IMG/VR virus record: IMGVR_UViG_3300045285_000018
Coordinates: 1-38,671 of that record
Source of the DNA: a virus
Lineage: Duplodnaviria; Caudoviricetes
Reading direction: 5' to 3' (one strand)
Length of the DNA: 38,671 bases
Shown: in pieces, positions 27,118 to 37,436 of the stretch
How positions within the stretch are numbered: the first letter of the stretch is position 1
How the letters are laid out: each line of letters begins with the position of its first letter
Program-made: the position numbers and the translations under genes
The notes under the pieces: model-generated
What the model saw: only the letters and a program-made list of their open reading frames with translations
What the model was told of the DNA's origin: nothing
The model's database searches: none

Positions 27118-27151
27118 ACCCCGCCCAGCGAAAGCCCGGCGGGGTTTTTTT
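27118..27151 (+). terminator. Rho-independent terminator
   Basis: accccgcc...ggcggggt followed by a T-run. Confidence 0.8.
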
Positions 27152-27178
27152 CGCTCAGGAAATTAACGGCTGTACAAT
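27150..27178 (+). promoter_or_regulatory. Possible promoter of the 27226 gene
   Basis: TTCGCT-N17-TACAAT. Confidence 0.4.
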
Positions 27179-27225
27179 TCCAGCAGCCGTTTTTGCGGCT
27201 ACCAACCACCACAGGAGCTTCAAAA

Positions 27226-28386
27226 ATGGACACCAGACAGACAATCACCAACGGGGCGCTGAAGGTCAGCCCCGGCATTTCCACCGACGCCATGGCCGCG
27301 CTGGGGCTGTATGCCCAGGTAACGCCGTATGGTCGCCTGAAGGTAAGCGCCGAACCGGGCAGCCTGTTCGTTGACGCCTTCGACGGCGTGACGGTCGACA
27401 CCACCAACCGTTGGACGCTGAGCGGCACCGCCGTGCCGACCCAGGCCGCCGGCACCATGACGCTGAACGGTGGCACCACCAACAGCGCTTCGTCGGTGGC
27501 TGTGTCGCAGCCCACCTTCCTGCCGCCCGGCCTGGGCTTCCGCCAGTACGCCAGCGCCATCACCCTGTCGGCGGCCAAGGTCGCCAACCACAATAAGCAC
27601 CAGTTCTTCGGTGTCGGCGTGGTCACCGCCTACGCGATCGGCACGCCGCTGACCGATGGCTTTGGCATGGAAGTCGATATCACGGGCGAACTGTGCCTGG
27701 TAGTGTGGGTGGCCGGCGTGCGCTACGTGATCAATTCGACCAACACCGCGCTGATCACCGCCCAGGGCAGTTTGCCCACCGGTGCGGCCACCAGCACGTT
27801 CGGGCGCACGCTGTCCTGGCCGACCCCTGGCCCGCACATCTACTTCATGGAAGACCGCGGCGATAGCGTGTTCTTCTTCATCGACTCGCTGGACGCCCCG
27901 GTAGGCTACGCCGCCAACCTGCAGCCGCAAGTTCAAGCGCTGCCCCTGCGCCTGGCCGCCATCAATGCCGCTGCCGCCGTGCAGGCGTCCACGTTCACGC
28001 TGGGCGGCGTGGTGCTGGGCGACTCCACATCGCAGAATCAGACCATCAGCGATGCAACGTACCCATGGCGCCGCGCTGTAGTTGGAGCAGCTGGCGCGCA
28101 GAAGGTGGAATCGGTCAACAGCTACAACCACGTCATCAGCACAGCAGGCACCTACGTGGTGTCGTCCGCGCCCGGCATGCTGCACAGCATCACGATCAAC
28201 AGCAAGAGCGCCGCCGCCGGCCTGATCACCGTCTACGACAACACGGCAGCTTCCGGCGCCGTCATTGCCGTGATCGACGCCGCCAGCCAGGTGGGAACCT
28301 TCACGTTCGACGTGGCGCTTACCATCGGACTGACGATCGTCACATCAGGCGTGCCAGGCGCCGACCTGACCGTCAGCTACCGCTGA
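27226..28386 (+). CDS. Beta-rich, virion/lectin-like protein in its own transcription unit
   Basis: AGGAG RBS before the ATG at 27226; 386 aa, Thr/Ala/Gly/Val-rich. Confidence 0.6.
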   Translation: MDTRQTITNGALKVSPGISTDAMAALGLYAQVTPYGRLKVSAEPGSLFVDAFDGVTVDTTNRWTLSGTAVPTQAAGTMTLNGGTTNSASSVAVSQPTFLPPGLGFRQYASAITLSAAKVANHNKHQFFGVGVVTAYAIGTPLTDGFGMEVDITGELCLVVWVAGVRYVINSTNTALITAQGSLPTGAATSTFGRTLSWPTPGPHIYFMEDRGDSVFFFIDSLDAPVGYAANLQPQVQALPLRLAAINAAAAVQASTFTLGGVVLGDSTSQNQTISDATYPWRRAVVGAAGAQKVESVNSYNHVISTAGTYVVSSAPGMLHSITINSKSAAAGLITVYDNTAASGAVIAVIDAASQVGTFTFDVALTIGLTIVTSGVPGADLTVSYR

Positions 28387-28404
28387 TCAACCAGCACCAC
28401 CGCC

Positions 28405-28439
28405 AGCCCTGCCCAGCAACAGCTGCAGCAGGGCTTTTT
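28405..28439 (+). terminator. Rho-independent terminator
   Basis: agccctgc...gcagggct followed by a T-run. Confidence 0.7.
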
Positions 28440-28562
28440 CATATCCAGCAGGAAATGCGGTATATTTGCGCCAGATTAATTAATTTAATGAATTAAATGC
28501 CAAAAAATCAGAAATTGCGCAACTTCCTGCTATGTGGCTGATTAAAAAGGTGATTTGTCCAA

Positions 28563-28883
28563 ATGAGTACGAATAAAGAAATTGTGGAAAAGCCCAAAGC
28601 GCCCAAAAAGCGGGGCAGGCCAGCGGGCAGCGTGAACAAGCGCACCCAAGCGGCGCAGGAAAAGGCCGCGCGCAACGGGATCACGCCGCTGGAATTCATG
28701 CTGCGCAACATGCGCAAGTCGATTCCGAAGAACGCCACCGTGCAAGAGCGCATCGCCATGGAGTCGATGAAACAGCAGGCCGCGCGCGATGCTGCGCCCT
28801 ACGTGCATGCGCGCTTGTCGGCGGTCCAGGTGTCTGGCGGGCTGAAGCTGAACCACGAATCTGCGCTGGACGAACTGGAATGA
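28563..28883 (+). CDS. terS: Terminase small subunit
   Basis: GRPAGSVNK, ITPLEFML and AARDAAPYVHARL; directly before TerL. Confidence 0.75.
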   Translation: MSTNKEIVEKPKAPKKRGRPAGSVNKRTQAAQEKAARNGITPLEFMLRNMRKSIPKNATVQERIAMESMKQQAARDAAPYVHARLSAVQVSGGLKLNHESALDELE

Positions 28884-30427
28884 GCAGCATCAGCGCCCGC
28901 GAAAAGGCGATCCGGCAGCGCCTGAAAGATGACTTTCTGCACTATGCGCCGCGCTGCCTGAAGATCAGGACGAAGGCGGCCACCGTGGTGCCGCTGGTGC
29001 TGAACGATGCGCAGATGCTGATCCACAACGCGATCGAGGAACAGCGGGCGCGCACCGGGCGCGTGCGCGCCATCCTGCTGAAGGGGCGCCAGCAGGGCGG
29101 CAGCACCTACGTGGAAGGCCGGTTCTATTGGCGCGTCACCCACAGCAAGGGCATGCGTGCGTTCATCCTGACGCACGACGACGGCGCCACCACCAACCTG
29201 TTCGAAATGGTCGAGCGCTACCACGAGAACTGCCCGGCGCTGGTCAGGCCAACGGCCAGCACCAGCAACGCCAAGGAACTGATGTTCGACCAGCTGGACA
29301 GCGGTTACAAGGTCGGCACCGCCGGCAACAAAGGCGTGGGCCGCTCCAGCACCGTACAGCTGTTCCATGGGTCTGAGGTCGCATTCTGGCCGAACGCCAA
29401 GGGCCACGCCGCCGGCGTGCTGCAGGCTGTGCCGGATGAACCAGGCACCGAAGTGGTGATGGAGTCGACCGCCAACGGCCTGGGCAACTTTTTTCACCTG
29501 CAGTGGCAGCTGGCCGAGTCGGGCCAGTCGGAGTTCATTGCCATCTTCGTGCCGTGGTTCATCCAGCGCGAGTATCGAAAGCCAGTGCCGCAGGGCTTCC
29601 AGATTACCACCGAGGAAGCCGAATATCAGGCCACATACGGGCTGGACCTGGAACAGATCGTGTGGCGCCGCGCCAAAACCGTGGAACTGAACAACGACGA
29701 AACGTTGTTCATGCAGGAATACCCGGCCACGGCTGCCGAAGCGTTCCAGATGGCCGGGCTGGATCCGTACATCAAGCCCAAGATCGTGATGGCCGCCCGC
29801 AAGTGCAAGCTGGTCGATGAACCAACCGGGCCGCGCCACCTGGGCGTCGACCCTGCGCGCTTCGGTGACGATCGCACATCGCTTTGCCTGCGCCAGGGGC
29901 GTAAGGCGCACTGGATCAGAAGCAAGTCGAAGCTGGACACCATGCAGGTGGCCGGCTGGGTCAAGACCACGATCGAGGAACTGAAGCTGGAAAGCCGGCT
30001 TGGCGATCGCGTGTTCATCGACGTGGGCGGCCTGGGCGCTGGCGTGTATGACCGCCTGCGCGAAACCGTGCCTGACAAGGCGCTACTGGTGGCCGTGAAC
30101 AGCAGCGAATCGCCATTCGACGCCGTGAAGTACACGAATAAGCGGGCCGAAATGTGGGGCGAAATCCTGGTATGGCTGACGAACCAGCCCGCCAGCATCC
30201 CCGACAACGACGAACTGCATGCCGACCTGACGCAGATCAAGTACAGCTATGACAGCAACAGCGCGCTGGTGATGGAAAAGAAAGCCGACATGAAGAAACG
30301 CGGCCTGCGCTCGCCCGACTGCGCCGACGCGCTGGGCCTGACGTTCGCGCGGCCACCGGTGCCGCCAAAACTGGATGATGACGAAACGAAAAGCAACTTT
30401 AACGGGGGTGGTGGATGGATGACTTAA
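28880..30427 (+). CDS. terL: Terminase large subunit
   Basis: Walker A LKGRQQGGST, FHGSEVAFW, ESTANG; nuclease motifs GVDPARFGDD and SPDCADAL. Confidence 0.93.
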   Translation: MSSISAREKAIRQRLKDDFLHYAPRCLKIRTKAATVVPLVLNDAQMLIHNAIEEQRARTGRVRAILLKGRQQGGSTYVEGRFYWRVTHSKGMRAFILTHDDGATTNLFEMVERYHENCPALVRPTASTSNAKELMFDQLDSGYKVGTAGNKGVGRSSTVQLFHGSEVAFWPNAKGHAAGVLQAVPDEPGTEVVMESTANGLGNFFHLQWQLAESGQSEFIAIFVPWFIQREYRKPVPQGFQITTEEAEYQATYGLDLEQIVWRRAKTVELNNDETLFMQEYPATAAEAFQMAGLDPYIKPKIVMAARKCKLVDEPTGPRHLGVDPARFGDDRTSLCLRQGRKAHWIRSKSKLDTMQVAGWVKTTIEELKLESRLGDRVFIDVGGLGAGVYDRLRETVPDKALLVAVNSSESPFDAVKYTNKRAEMWGEILVWLTNQPASIPDNDELHADLTQIKYSYDSNSALVMEKKADMKKRGLRSPDCADALGLTFARPPVPPKLDDDETKSNFNGGGGWMT

Positions 30428-30780
30428 AGCCGGGAACGATCACGCTGGGACCGGCCAGCCTGCACTTGTCATACAGCGCAATCGTGCCGCCTAACATGCG
30501 CGGTAATGCACTGGAGATAACAGAACTGTTGACAACGGTCAACGAAAGGGGGCAGAATCACGCCAATTCCTTGATGCAAGAAGTTTGCGAGCAGGCCGAC
30601 CAGGCCGGTAAGCTTCTGTTGCTCATGCCCGAGACATACGGCCAGGATGGCGGATTGACCACCGAGCAGTTATCGGACTGGTATCAGCGCCGTCATGGCT
30701 TTGTCGTTCTCCAGCTTTCCCCTAAAACAATTCTGGTGCGCATGCCTGCAAGGGCCGCGGCCAAATGGGCTGGACAATGA
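30415..30780 (+). CDS. GNAT-like acetyltransferase between terminase and portal
   Basis: ERGQNHANSLMQEV (motif A-like) and LSDWYQRRHGF. Confidence 0.6.
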   Translation: MDDLKPGTITLGPASLHLSYSAIVPPNMRGNALEITELLTTVNERGQNHANSLMQEVCEQADQAGKLLLLMPETYGQDGGLTTEQLSDWYQRRHGFVVLQLSPKTILVRMPARAAAKWAGQ

Positions 30781-32972
30781 GCGACTACACCACCGACACC
30801 GACGCGCCAGACGGCAAGCTTTCAGACGAAGCGCTGCTGAAAGAAATCCGCGACTACTGCGACGAAGCAATCCGGGCCGACGCACACAACCGCGCGCCCG
30901 CCGTGGCTGATCTGCAGTTCCTGGTTGGCGAACAGTGGCCTGAAGATATCCGCAGGCAGCGCCAGCTGGAGGGGCGCCCGTGCCTGACGTTCAACCGCCT
31001 GCCCACCTTCCTGCACCAGGTCACCAACGACCAGCGGCAGAACAAGCCAGGTATCAAAACCCACCCTGTCGACGGCGGCGCCGACCTGAAGCGCTCCGAG
31101 ATTAACCAGGGCGTCATCCGGCACATCGAGTACATCAGCAACGCCGATATTGCCTATGACACCGCCGTGAACAGCGCCGCGGCCATCGGCTTCGGCTTCT
31201 GGCGCCTGATCACCGAGTATGAATCGCCCATGTCGTTCGACCAGGTGATCCGCTACCAGCGCATCAGGGACGCCCTGAAAGTGTTCATGGACCCGGCCAG
31301 CACCGAGGCAGACGGCAGCGACCAAAAGCGCTGCGCCATCATCCGGGACGTGCCGCGCAAGGAATTCAAGCGCCAGTATCCTCAGGCCGACGAAGCGACC
31401 AGCACGGCCATTGGTTTGCTGGGCCAGCAGGTGCAGCAAGGATGGATGAATGAAAATTACGTGCGCGAGGTCGAGTACTACTACTTCGAGTACACCAGCG
31501 AAACGCTGTGCATGCTGGAAGACGGCAGTATCGTGTTCGAAAAGGATCTGCCGGACGGCGCCATGGTCAAGCAGCGGCGTGAAAGCCAGATCCCGCAGCT
31601 GATGTGGTGCAAGGCCACCGCCGGCGCCATCCTGGAGCGCACGAAGATCATGTGCCGCTGGATCCCGGTGTTCCCGGTATGGGGCAATGAGGTCGACATT
31701 CAGGGCAAGGTGTTCCGAAGCGGGATCATTCGTGACGCCAAAGACCCGGCTCAGATGTACAACTTCTGGATGACCAGCGCCACCGAGGAAGTGTCGCTGC
31801 GCCCTAAAACGCCATTCATCGGCGCCGAAGGGCAGTTCGAAGGCCATGAAAAACAGTGGGGCCAGGCCAACAGCCGCACGTTTGCCTACCTGGAATACAA
31901 GCCGGTCAGCCTTGGCGGCCAGCTGGCACCGCCGCCGCAGCGCTCGCCCATGGCCGACGTTCCCGCCGGCATGCTGCAGATGGCAATCCACGCTTCGGAC
32001 AACATCAAGGCTGTCACGGGCCTGTTCGATAGCTCGATCGGCGCGCGCGGCAATGCCACCAGCGGCGTGCAAGAGCGCGCCCAGCAGAAGCAGGGCGACA
32101 CGGCCAATTTCCACTACACCGACAACCTGAACCGCTCGATTCGCCATTGCGGGCGCTGCCTGATCGACATGATTCCGCACTACTACGACGCCCAGCGCGT
32201 GGTGCGCATGATGAAGGAAGACGGCACGATCGAAAGCGCCGAAGTCAATGTGCAGAAGGTCGACCCGATCACCCAGCAGGTAACCGAAGTGCTGAACGAC
32301 ATGACGATCGGCACCTATGACGTGACCGTATCGACCGGTCCGAGCTATTCCACCCAGCGCGAAGAAGCAGCCGAAGCCATGGTGTCGATGGCTGGCGACT
32401 TCCCGAAACTGATGGAAGTGGCCGGCGACCTGGTGGTGGAGTCGATGGACTTCCCGGGCGCCGACAAGATCGCCGCGCGCCTGAAAAAGACCATGCCGGC
32501 GGAACTGACGAAGGACGACGACGGCACCGGCGAAGACCAAGGCCCGCCACCGCTGCCGCCGGAAATCGAACAGCATATCCAGCAGGCCGACCAGATGATC
32601 GACCAACTGCAGGGCGCGCTGAAGGAAGCGCAATCCGGCATCGAGAAAGCGCATGTCGACGCCGCCAGCCGCGAACAGGTCGCACTGATCCAGGCAGCCA
32701 GCGCCGCGCGCGTGGCCGAAATCAATGCCGGCGTGCTGATGGACAAGGAAGAACTGATCACGCTGCGCGCCCAGCTTGCCCACCACCAGCGCCTGGAACA
32801 GCAGGAACAGGTTGCAGGGCACCAGGTAGCCGCTGCCGAGCAGGCCGCCGGCCACACCGCCCAAGCGAACGAACAATCGGCTGAACTAGCCGCTGAAGCA
32901 TCCCGCACCGCTGCCAGCCAAGCAGCGGAATCTGCGCAAAACGGCCCTACGGAAGTGATTTCCGGCTCTTAA
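30777..32972 (+). CDS. Portal protein, P22 gp1-like
   Basis: GEQWP, RPCLTFN, KDPAQMYN and YDVTVSTGPSYSTQREE; C-terminal barrel-like coiled coil. Confidence 0.93.
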   Translation: MSDYTTDTDAPDGKLSDEALLKEIRDYCDEAIRADAHNRAPAVADLQFLVGEQWPEDIRRQRQLEGRPCLTFNRLPTFLHQVTNDQRQNKPGIKTHPVDGGADLKRSEINQGVIRHIEYISNADIAYDTAVNSAAAIGFGFWRLITEYESPMSFDQVIRYQRIRDALKVFMDPASTEADGSDQKRCAIIRDVPRKEFKRQYPQADEATSTAIGLLGQQVQQGWMNENYVREVEYYYFEYTSETLCMLEDGSIVFEKDLPDGAMVKQRRESQIPQLMWCKATAGAILERTKIMCRWIPVFPVWGNEVDIQGKVFRSGIIRDAKDPAQMYNFWMTSATEEVSLRPKTPFIGAEGQFEGHEKQWGQANSRTFAYLEYKPVSLGGQLAPPPQRSPMADVPAGMLQMAIHASDNIKAVTGLFDSSIGARGNATSGVQERAQQKQGDTANFHYTDNLNRSIRHCGRCLIDMIPHYYDAQRVVRMMKEDGTIESAEVNVQKVDPITQQVTEVLNDMTIGTYDVTVSTGPSYSTQREEAAEAMVSMAGDFPKLMEVAGDLVVESMDFPGADKIAARLKKTMPAELTKDDDGTGEDQGPPPLPPEIEQHIQQADQMIDQLQGALKEAQSGIEKAHVDAASREQVALIQAASAARVAEINAGVLMDKEELITLRAQLAHHQRLEQQEQVAGHQVAAAEQAAGHTAQANEQSAELAAEASRTAASQAAESAQNGPTEVISGS

Positions 32973-32987
32973 CTCTTGGGATTGACC

Positions 32988-33857
32988 ATGCAAACCGAAA
33001 CAACCGCCACTGAAGCAACCACCGAAACCGCGCAAACCGTCGACACGACGGCAGCGACCACCACCGCGCCGGCCAGCGCAGCGGCGGCCACGACTGCCAC
33101 CGATGAAGGCACCAGCACCACCACGGAAACGGAAGGCGACAGCGGCACGCAGCAGGAAACTGAACAGGAGCGCAACGACAAGGGGCAATTCAAATCGGGC
33201 GCGCAGAAGCGCATCGATGCTCTGGTCTACCAGCGCCACCAGGCCGAACGGGAGGCCGCCTACTGGAAACAGCAGGCCCAGGCCGTCCAATCCGGCAGTG
33301 CCGAGCCACGATTGACGGACTTCGAAACGCACGATGAATACGACCAGGCCATGCTGCAGCACCGCATTGACCAGGGCGTCAATCGCGGCCTATCGAAGAC
33401 CGCCGAACAGCAGGCCACCAAGTTCGAACAGCAGGCACAGAGCGCCGCCGCCGAAACATACAACCAGCGCGTTACTGAAGCCGTGACCAGGATCCCCGAT
33501 TTTGTCGAAGTCGTCAGCAAATCGGACGTTCCCATGTCGCCAGCCCTGCACGAAGCCTTGATGGACAGCGAGCGCGGCCCCGAACTGGTGTACCACCTGG
33601 CAAAGAATCCGGCAGAAGCTGTACGGCTGAACAACATGAGCGTGCGCCAGATGGACCGTGAAATCGGTCGCCTGGAAAGCTCGTTCGGCACCAAGCCGGC
33701 AGCCCCTACGCCACCTGCTGCACGCACCACCAGCGCCCCGGCCCCGATCAAGCCCGGCAGCCCGGCCAGCGCGCCAGCAAACACCGACCCCAACAAGATG
33801 GATCAGGCGCAGTTCGAAGCCTGGGCCAAGGCGAACGGGTCGAAATATATCCGGTAA
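32988..33857 (+). CDS. Scaffolding protein
   Basis: Acidic Thr-rich N-terminus, QKRIDAL, GPELVYHLAKNP; between portal and coat. Confidence 0.8.
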   Translation: MQTETTATEATTETAQTVDTTAATTTAPASAAAATTATDEGTSTTTETEGDSGTQQETEQERNDKGQFKSGAQKRIDALVYQRHQAEREAAYWKQQAQAVQSGSAEPRLTDFETHDEYDQAMLQHRIDQGVNRGLSKTAEQQATKFEQQAQSAAAETYNQRVTEAVTRIPDFVEVVSKSDVPMSPALHEALMDSERGPELVYHLAKNPAEAVRLNNMSVRQMDREIGRLESSFGTKPAAPTPPAARTTSAPAPIKPGSPASAPANTDPNKMDQAQFEAWAKANGSKYIR

Positions 33858-33890
33858 GCACTACAACCCCACCTTTTAGGACGCACAATC

Positions 33891-35108
33891 ATGGCAAACG
33901 TACTTGCAACCAACAGCATCATCGCCAAAACGGCGCTGGCAGTGCTGAAAAACATGTTGACCTTCTCGGCCAATGTGAACCGCGACTGGGAAGACACGTT
34001 CACCGAGAACATGTCGCGCGGCTACGCGCCCGGCCAGACCATCAACATCAAGAAACCACCGCGCTACACCTACCGCGCGGGCCGCGTGGCCGTACCGCAG
34101 TCGACCGTGGAAACCACGCTGCCGCTGACCCTCTCGCAAGGCGGTTGCGACCTGTCGTTCACCAGCGCCGAACGCACGCTGTCGCTGACCAAGCTGGAAG
34201 ACAAGATCGCCGCGGCCATCGCTTGCGTGGCGAACGAAATCGACCGTCAAGGCCTGCAGCTGGCGCACTTCAGCACCTTCAACACGCTGAACCCTACCGG
34301 CGTGGCGCCAACCAGCCAGGCGCTGGCGATCCAGGGTCTGACCGACCTGAACGCCCGCCTGGACGAAATGGGCGCGCCGCGCAAGGATCAGCGCCGCACC
34401 TTCATTGCCGCCCCGCGCGTCAACGGCTCGATGGTCCAGGGTATGGCCGGCCTGTTCAACGGTCAGGAAAAGATCGGTGAGCAGTTCAACAGCGGCATGA
34501 TGGTGCCTTCGTTCGGCCTGAAGATGGGCATGGATCAGAACGTGGACACGCACACCAACGGCACCCAGGTGGTAACCGGCACCGCCGTCAGCGCCGCCGG
34601 CCAGACCGGCGCCAGCATCAACGTGGCGGCCCTGGGCGGCACCATCACGCGCGGCACCGTGGTGACCTTCCCGGGCGTGTTCGCGGTCAACCCGCAATCG
34701 CGCATCAGCACCGGCGTGCTGGCGCAATTCGTCGTCACTGCCGACCTGGCCGGCGGCGCGACTGCAATCCCGGTCAGCCCTGCCCTGGTCACTTCCGGCG
34801 CGTTCCAGAACGTGACCGCCAGCCCGACCAACGGCCAGAACTTCCTGATCGTGGGCGCCGCGTCGACCAGCTACCAGACGAACATCGCCTACCACAAGGA
34901 TGCGTTCACGCTGGCGATGGTGCCGATGTGGGCGCCGACCGATGGCAAGGGCGTGATCGGCGTGCACCAGGAAACCAGCGACGGTTTCACCATCAAGGTG
35001 ACCGAGTTCTACGACGGCACCAACGACGTGCCTATCACGCGTCTGGACGTGCTGTTCGGCTGGGCCGCGACCTACCCGGAACTGTCCGCGAAATACTACA
35101 GCGTGTAA
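33891..35108 (+). CDS. Major capsid protein, P22 gp5-like
   Basis: GQTINIKKP, GMDQNV and RLDVLFGW; 405 aa. Confidence 0.92.
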   Translation: MANVLATNSIIAKTALAVLKNMLTFSANVNRDWEDTFTENMSRGYAPGQTINIKKPPRYTYRAGRVAVPQSTVETTLPLTLSQGGCDLSFTSAERTLSLTKLEDKIAAAIACVANEIDRQGLQLAHFSTFNTLNPTGVAPTSQALAIQGLTDLNARLDEMGAPRKDQRRTFIAAPRVNGSMVQGMAGLFNGQEKIGEQFNSGMMVPSFGLKMGMDQNVDTHTNGTQVVTGTAVSAAGQTGASINVAALGGTITRGTVVTFPGVFAVNPQSRISTGVLAQFVVTADLAGGATAIPVSPALVTSGAFQNVTASPTNGQNFLIVGAASTSYQTNIAYHKDAFTLAMVPMWAPTDGKGVIGVHQETSDGFTIKVTEFYDGTNDVPITRLDVLFGWAATYPELSAKYYSV

Positions 35109-35114
35109 TTGCGC

Positions 35115-35138
35115 AGGCCGGGGGAAACCCCGGCTTTT
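35115..35138 (+). terminator. Terminator after the capsid gene
   Basis: gccgggg-gaaa-ccccggc-tttt. Confidence 0.8.
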
Positions 35139-35192
35139 CCCGTTTCTGCTGCACCGAAATACCTACCCTTTTCACTCTCAAGGAAGAACATC

Positions 35193-35594
35193 ATGGCCGT
35201 CTTACTCCGTATTGCCTACATGGGCTATCTCGCCGGCACCACCGTCGAATTGCCTACCAACGTCGAAACCGCGCTGATCGCTCAAGGCCTGGCAACCACT
35301 GCCCTGGCCGCGAACATCACCCCCGGCCCGGTTACCGCCAACGTCCTGCAGGGAACTGTCGGCGTGGCTGCTGCTGCCGCGTCGATCGTCGTCACGAACG
35401 ACAAAGTGGACGCGAACACGAAAGTGTATGCCGTGATCGCCCAGGCTGCAGCTGACGCCACGGCCCTGCGCGTCGAACGTGTTGTCTGCGCTGCCGGCTC
35501 GTTCACCATCTACCTGACCGCGGCGGCCACGGCCACCACGTTCGTAGATTGGGCGATCCTCGCCACGCCGGGCATGCTCGTCGTCAACGCCTAA
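35193..35594 (+). CDS. Putative capsid decoration/accessory protein
   Basis: AAGGAAG RBS; Ala/Thr/Val-rich, 133 aa; directly after the coat gene. Confidence 0.55.
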   Translation: MAVLLRIAYMGYLAGTTVELPTNVETALIAQGLATTALAANITPGPVTANVLQGTVGVAAAAASIVVTNDKVDANTKVYAVIAQAAADATALRVERVVCAAGSFTIYLTAAATATTFVDWAILATPGMLVVNA

Positions 35595-35617
35595 GCCAGC
35601 AACCACAACCGCAGCAA

Positions 35618-35649
35618 GCCCGGCCAGCCATCACGGTGGCCGGGCATTT
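35618..35649 (+). terminator. Hairpin, possible weak terminator
   Basis: gcccggcca...tggccgggc-attt. Confidence 0.45.
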
Positions 35650-35665
35650 CAGGAGAACCAGCACC

Positions 35666-36154
35666 ATGAACCAAAATACCTACCCGAAGATTTTCACGCA
35701 CCGCAACGATCACAAGTCGCAGGTGGTCATCGCCAACGCTGAGCAGGAAGCCCAGCTGCCGCCCGAATACCTGCCTGAAGTCGTCGGCGCCGGCGGCCAG
35801 ACCATCAGCGGCGCGGACCATGCCGCCAACGTCATGCTGTCGCCCGAATACGACGCACTGCTGGCCGACCGCGAAAAGCTGGAGCAGGACCGCGCCACGT
35901 TCGCTCAGCTGGTGGCCGATGCCCAGCGCGATGCCAGTCAGCAGATGCAGGATCTGGCCGATGAGCGCGCCAAGCTGACCGCCGGCTACAAAGAATCCAT
36001 GGCCCAGCTGGAAGCCGACCGCGCGACGTTGAACGCCGATCGCCAGGAACTGGAAGACCAGCGCCAGCCAGCGGATACCGGGACGACTGACCAGGCAGCA
36101 CCAGCACCTGCTGCAGGCCCAGCCAAGCGCGTACGCACCGCGAAAGGCGAATAA
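35666..36154 (+). CDS. Coiled-coil hypothetical protein
   Basis: AGGAG RBS; 162 aa with heptad repeats. Confidence 0.65.
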   Translation: MNQNTYPKIFTHRNDHKSQVVIANAEQEAQLPPEYLPEVVGAGGQTISGADHAANVMLSPEYDALLADREKLEQDRATFAQLVADAQRDASQQMQDLADERAKLTAGYKESMAQLEADRATLNADRQELEDQRQPADTGTTDQAAPAPAAGPAKRVRTAKGE

Positions 36155-36156
36155 TC

Positions 36157-36870
36157 ATGGCAACGGTTCTGGATCTGGTCACCGAAGCGCTGGTAACGGT
36201 CAAGGCTTTAGCCGTTGGCGAGCCTATTCCGCCCAGCATGAGCAACAACGCGCTGAACAAATTCAACGACGTGCTTGAGGCGCTGTCGATCCAGAACCTT
36301 GCCGTGTACAGCACGCTGCAGACCACCTTCCCGCTGGTCGCCGGCACGGCCAGCTACACCATCGGCCCAACCGGCGCCGTGGTGGCGCAGCGCCCGCCCT
36401 TCCTGGACACCGCTTTCGTGACCTATCAGGGAACGGATTTCCCGGTCGACGTGCACACGGATGACGAATATGCGCTGATCGGCCTGAAAAGTCAGCGCGG
36501 CATTCCGCAGTGGCTGATCTACGATCCGGCCTACCCGAATGGCGTCATGATCTTGTGGCCCGTGCCTGATCAGGCCGCAACGATGACCATTTATCAAAAT
36601 ACCGTGTTCACCGCGGCCACGTCGCTGCTGAACACGTTTGCGATGCCGCCAGGATACCGCCGCATGATCCGCTTGCTGCTGGCCTGGGAGTTGGTCACCG
36701 ACTACCCCGGAATGTCGCAATCCGACATTGCAAAATTGGCCGAAGACACCAAAGGCGCGGTGGCGCTGGTCAAGCGGAACAACAAAAAACCCGAACTGTT
36801 GCGTTCGGAAGTGGCAGCCCTGGACTGTTCCGGCGGCGGCGACACCAGTAATTGGAGAGATGGCGCATGA
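36157..36870 (+). CDS. Head-tail adaptor, P22 gp4-like
   Basis: Helical N-terminus DLVTEALVTVKALAVGE...ALNKFNDVL; LWPVPD; MPPGY. Confidence 0.75.
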   Translation: MATVLDLVTEALVTVKALAVGEPIPPSMSNNALNKFNDVLEALSIQNLAVYSTLQTTFPLVAGTASYTIGPTGAVVAQRPPFLDTAFVTYQGTDFPVDVHTDDEYALIGLKSQRGIPQWLIYDPAYPNGVMILWPVPDQAATMTIYQNTVFTAATSLLNTFAMPPGYRRMIRLLLAWELVTDYPGMSQSDIAKLAEDTKGAVALVKRNNKKPELLRSEVAALDCSGGGDTSNWRDGA

Positions 36871-37436
36871 ACAATTTTCAAAAACTCGGCACTGGCTTGG
36901 ACGTGCTTCCGCTGCTGCTGGCGATCAAGCGCCGGCCAGGGCTGTGGAAGGAAGACACCTACCTGCGCGACTACCCGCAAGGCCCGTTCCAGCAAATTGA
37001 GTCGATCATGCTGCGCTTCCCCACCAAGAGCGTGCACGAAACCGAAGCCGAACTGGAAAAGCACGTCAGCACCTACGACCAGCACGAAAACGTGGACTAT
37101 CCGGCCTATGCACTGCTGCCCGAGGCGCGCCCGCTGATCATGAACCTGATGCACTACGTTGGTGGCGAACGGCTGGGCCGCGTGATGATCAACAAGATTG
37201 CCCCGGGCGGCGTGATCTTCCCGCACGTCGACACGCCATCGCACACGGACTATTACAGCCGCTTCCACATCGTGCTGCAGAGCCAGCCAGGCGTGCAGTT
37301 CCGCGCCGGCGCCGAGTCCGTCTACATGGGCGTCGGTGAGGCCTGGTGGTTCGACAACAGCCAGGAACACGAAGTGATCAACAACAGCGCCGACGATCGG
37401 ATCCACATGATTGTTGATATCAGGACTTCGAAATGA
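36867..37436 (+). CDS. Aspartyl/asparaginyl beta-hydroxylase family 2OG-Fe(II) oxygenase
   Basis: PGGVIFPHVD (HxD), RFHIVL, GEAWWFDN, HEVIN and RIHMIVD. Confidence 0.88.
   Translation: MNNFQKLGTGLDVLPLLLAIKRRPGLWKEDTYLRDYPQGPFQQIESIMLRFPTKSVHETEAELEKHVSTYDQHENVDYPAYALLPEARPLIMNLMHYVGGERLGRVMINKIAPGGVIFPHVDTPSHTDYYSRFHIVLQSQPGVQFRAGAESVYMGVGEAWWFDNSQEHEVINNSADDRIHMIVDIRTSK

Noticed and set aside
30822-32876. Long antisense ORFs (e.g. 684 aa opposite portal, 495 aa opposite the ATPase, 398 aa at 50-1246)
   Set aside because: Shadow ORFs of GC-rich coding strands; no motifs, and they overlap well-supported genes.
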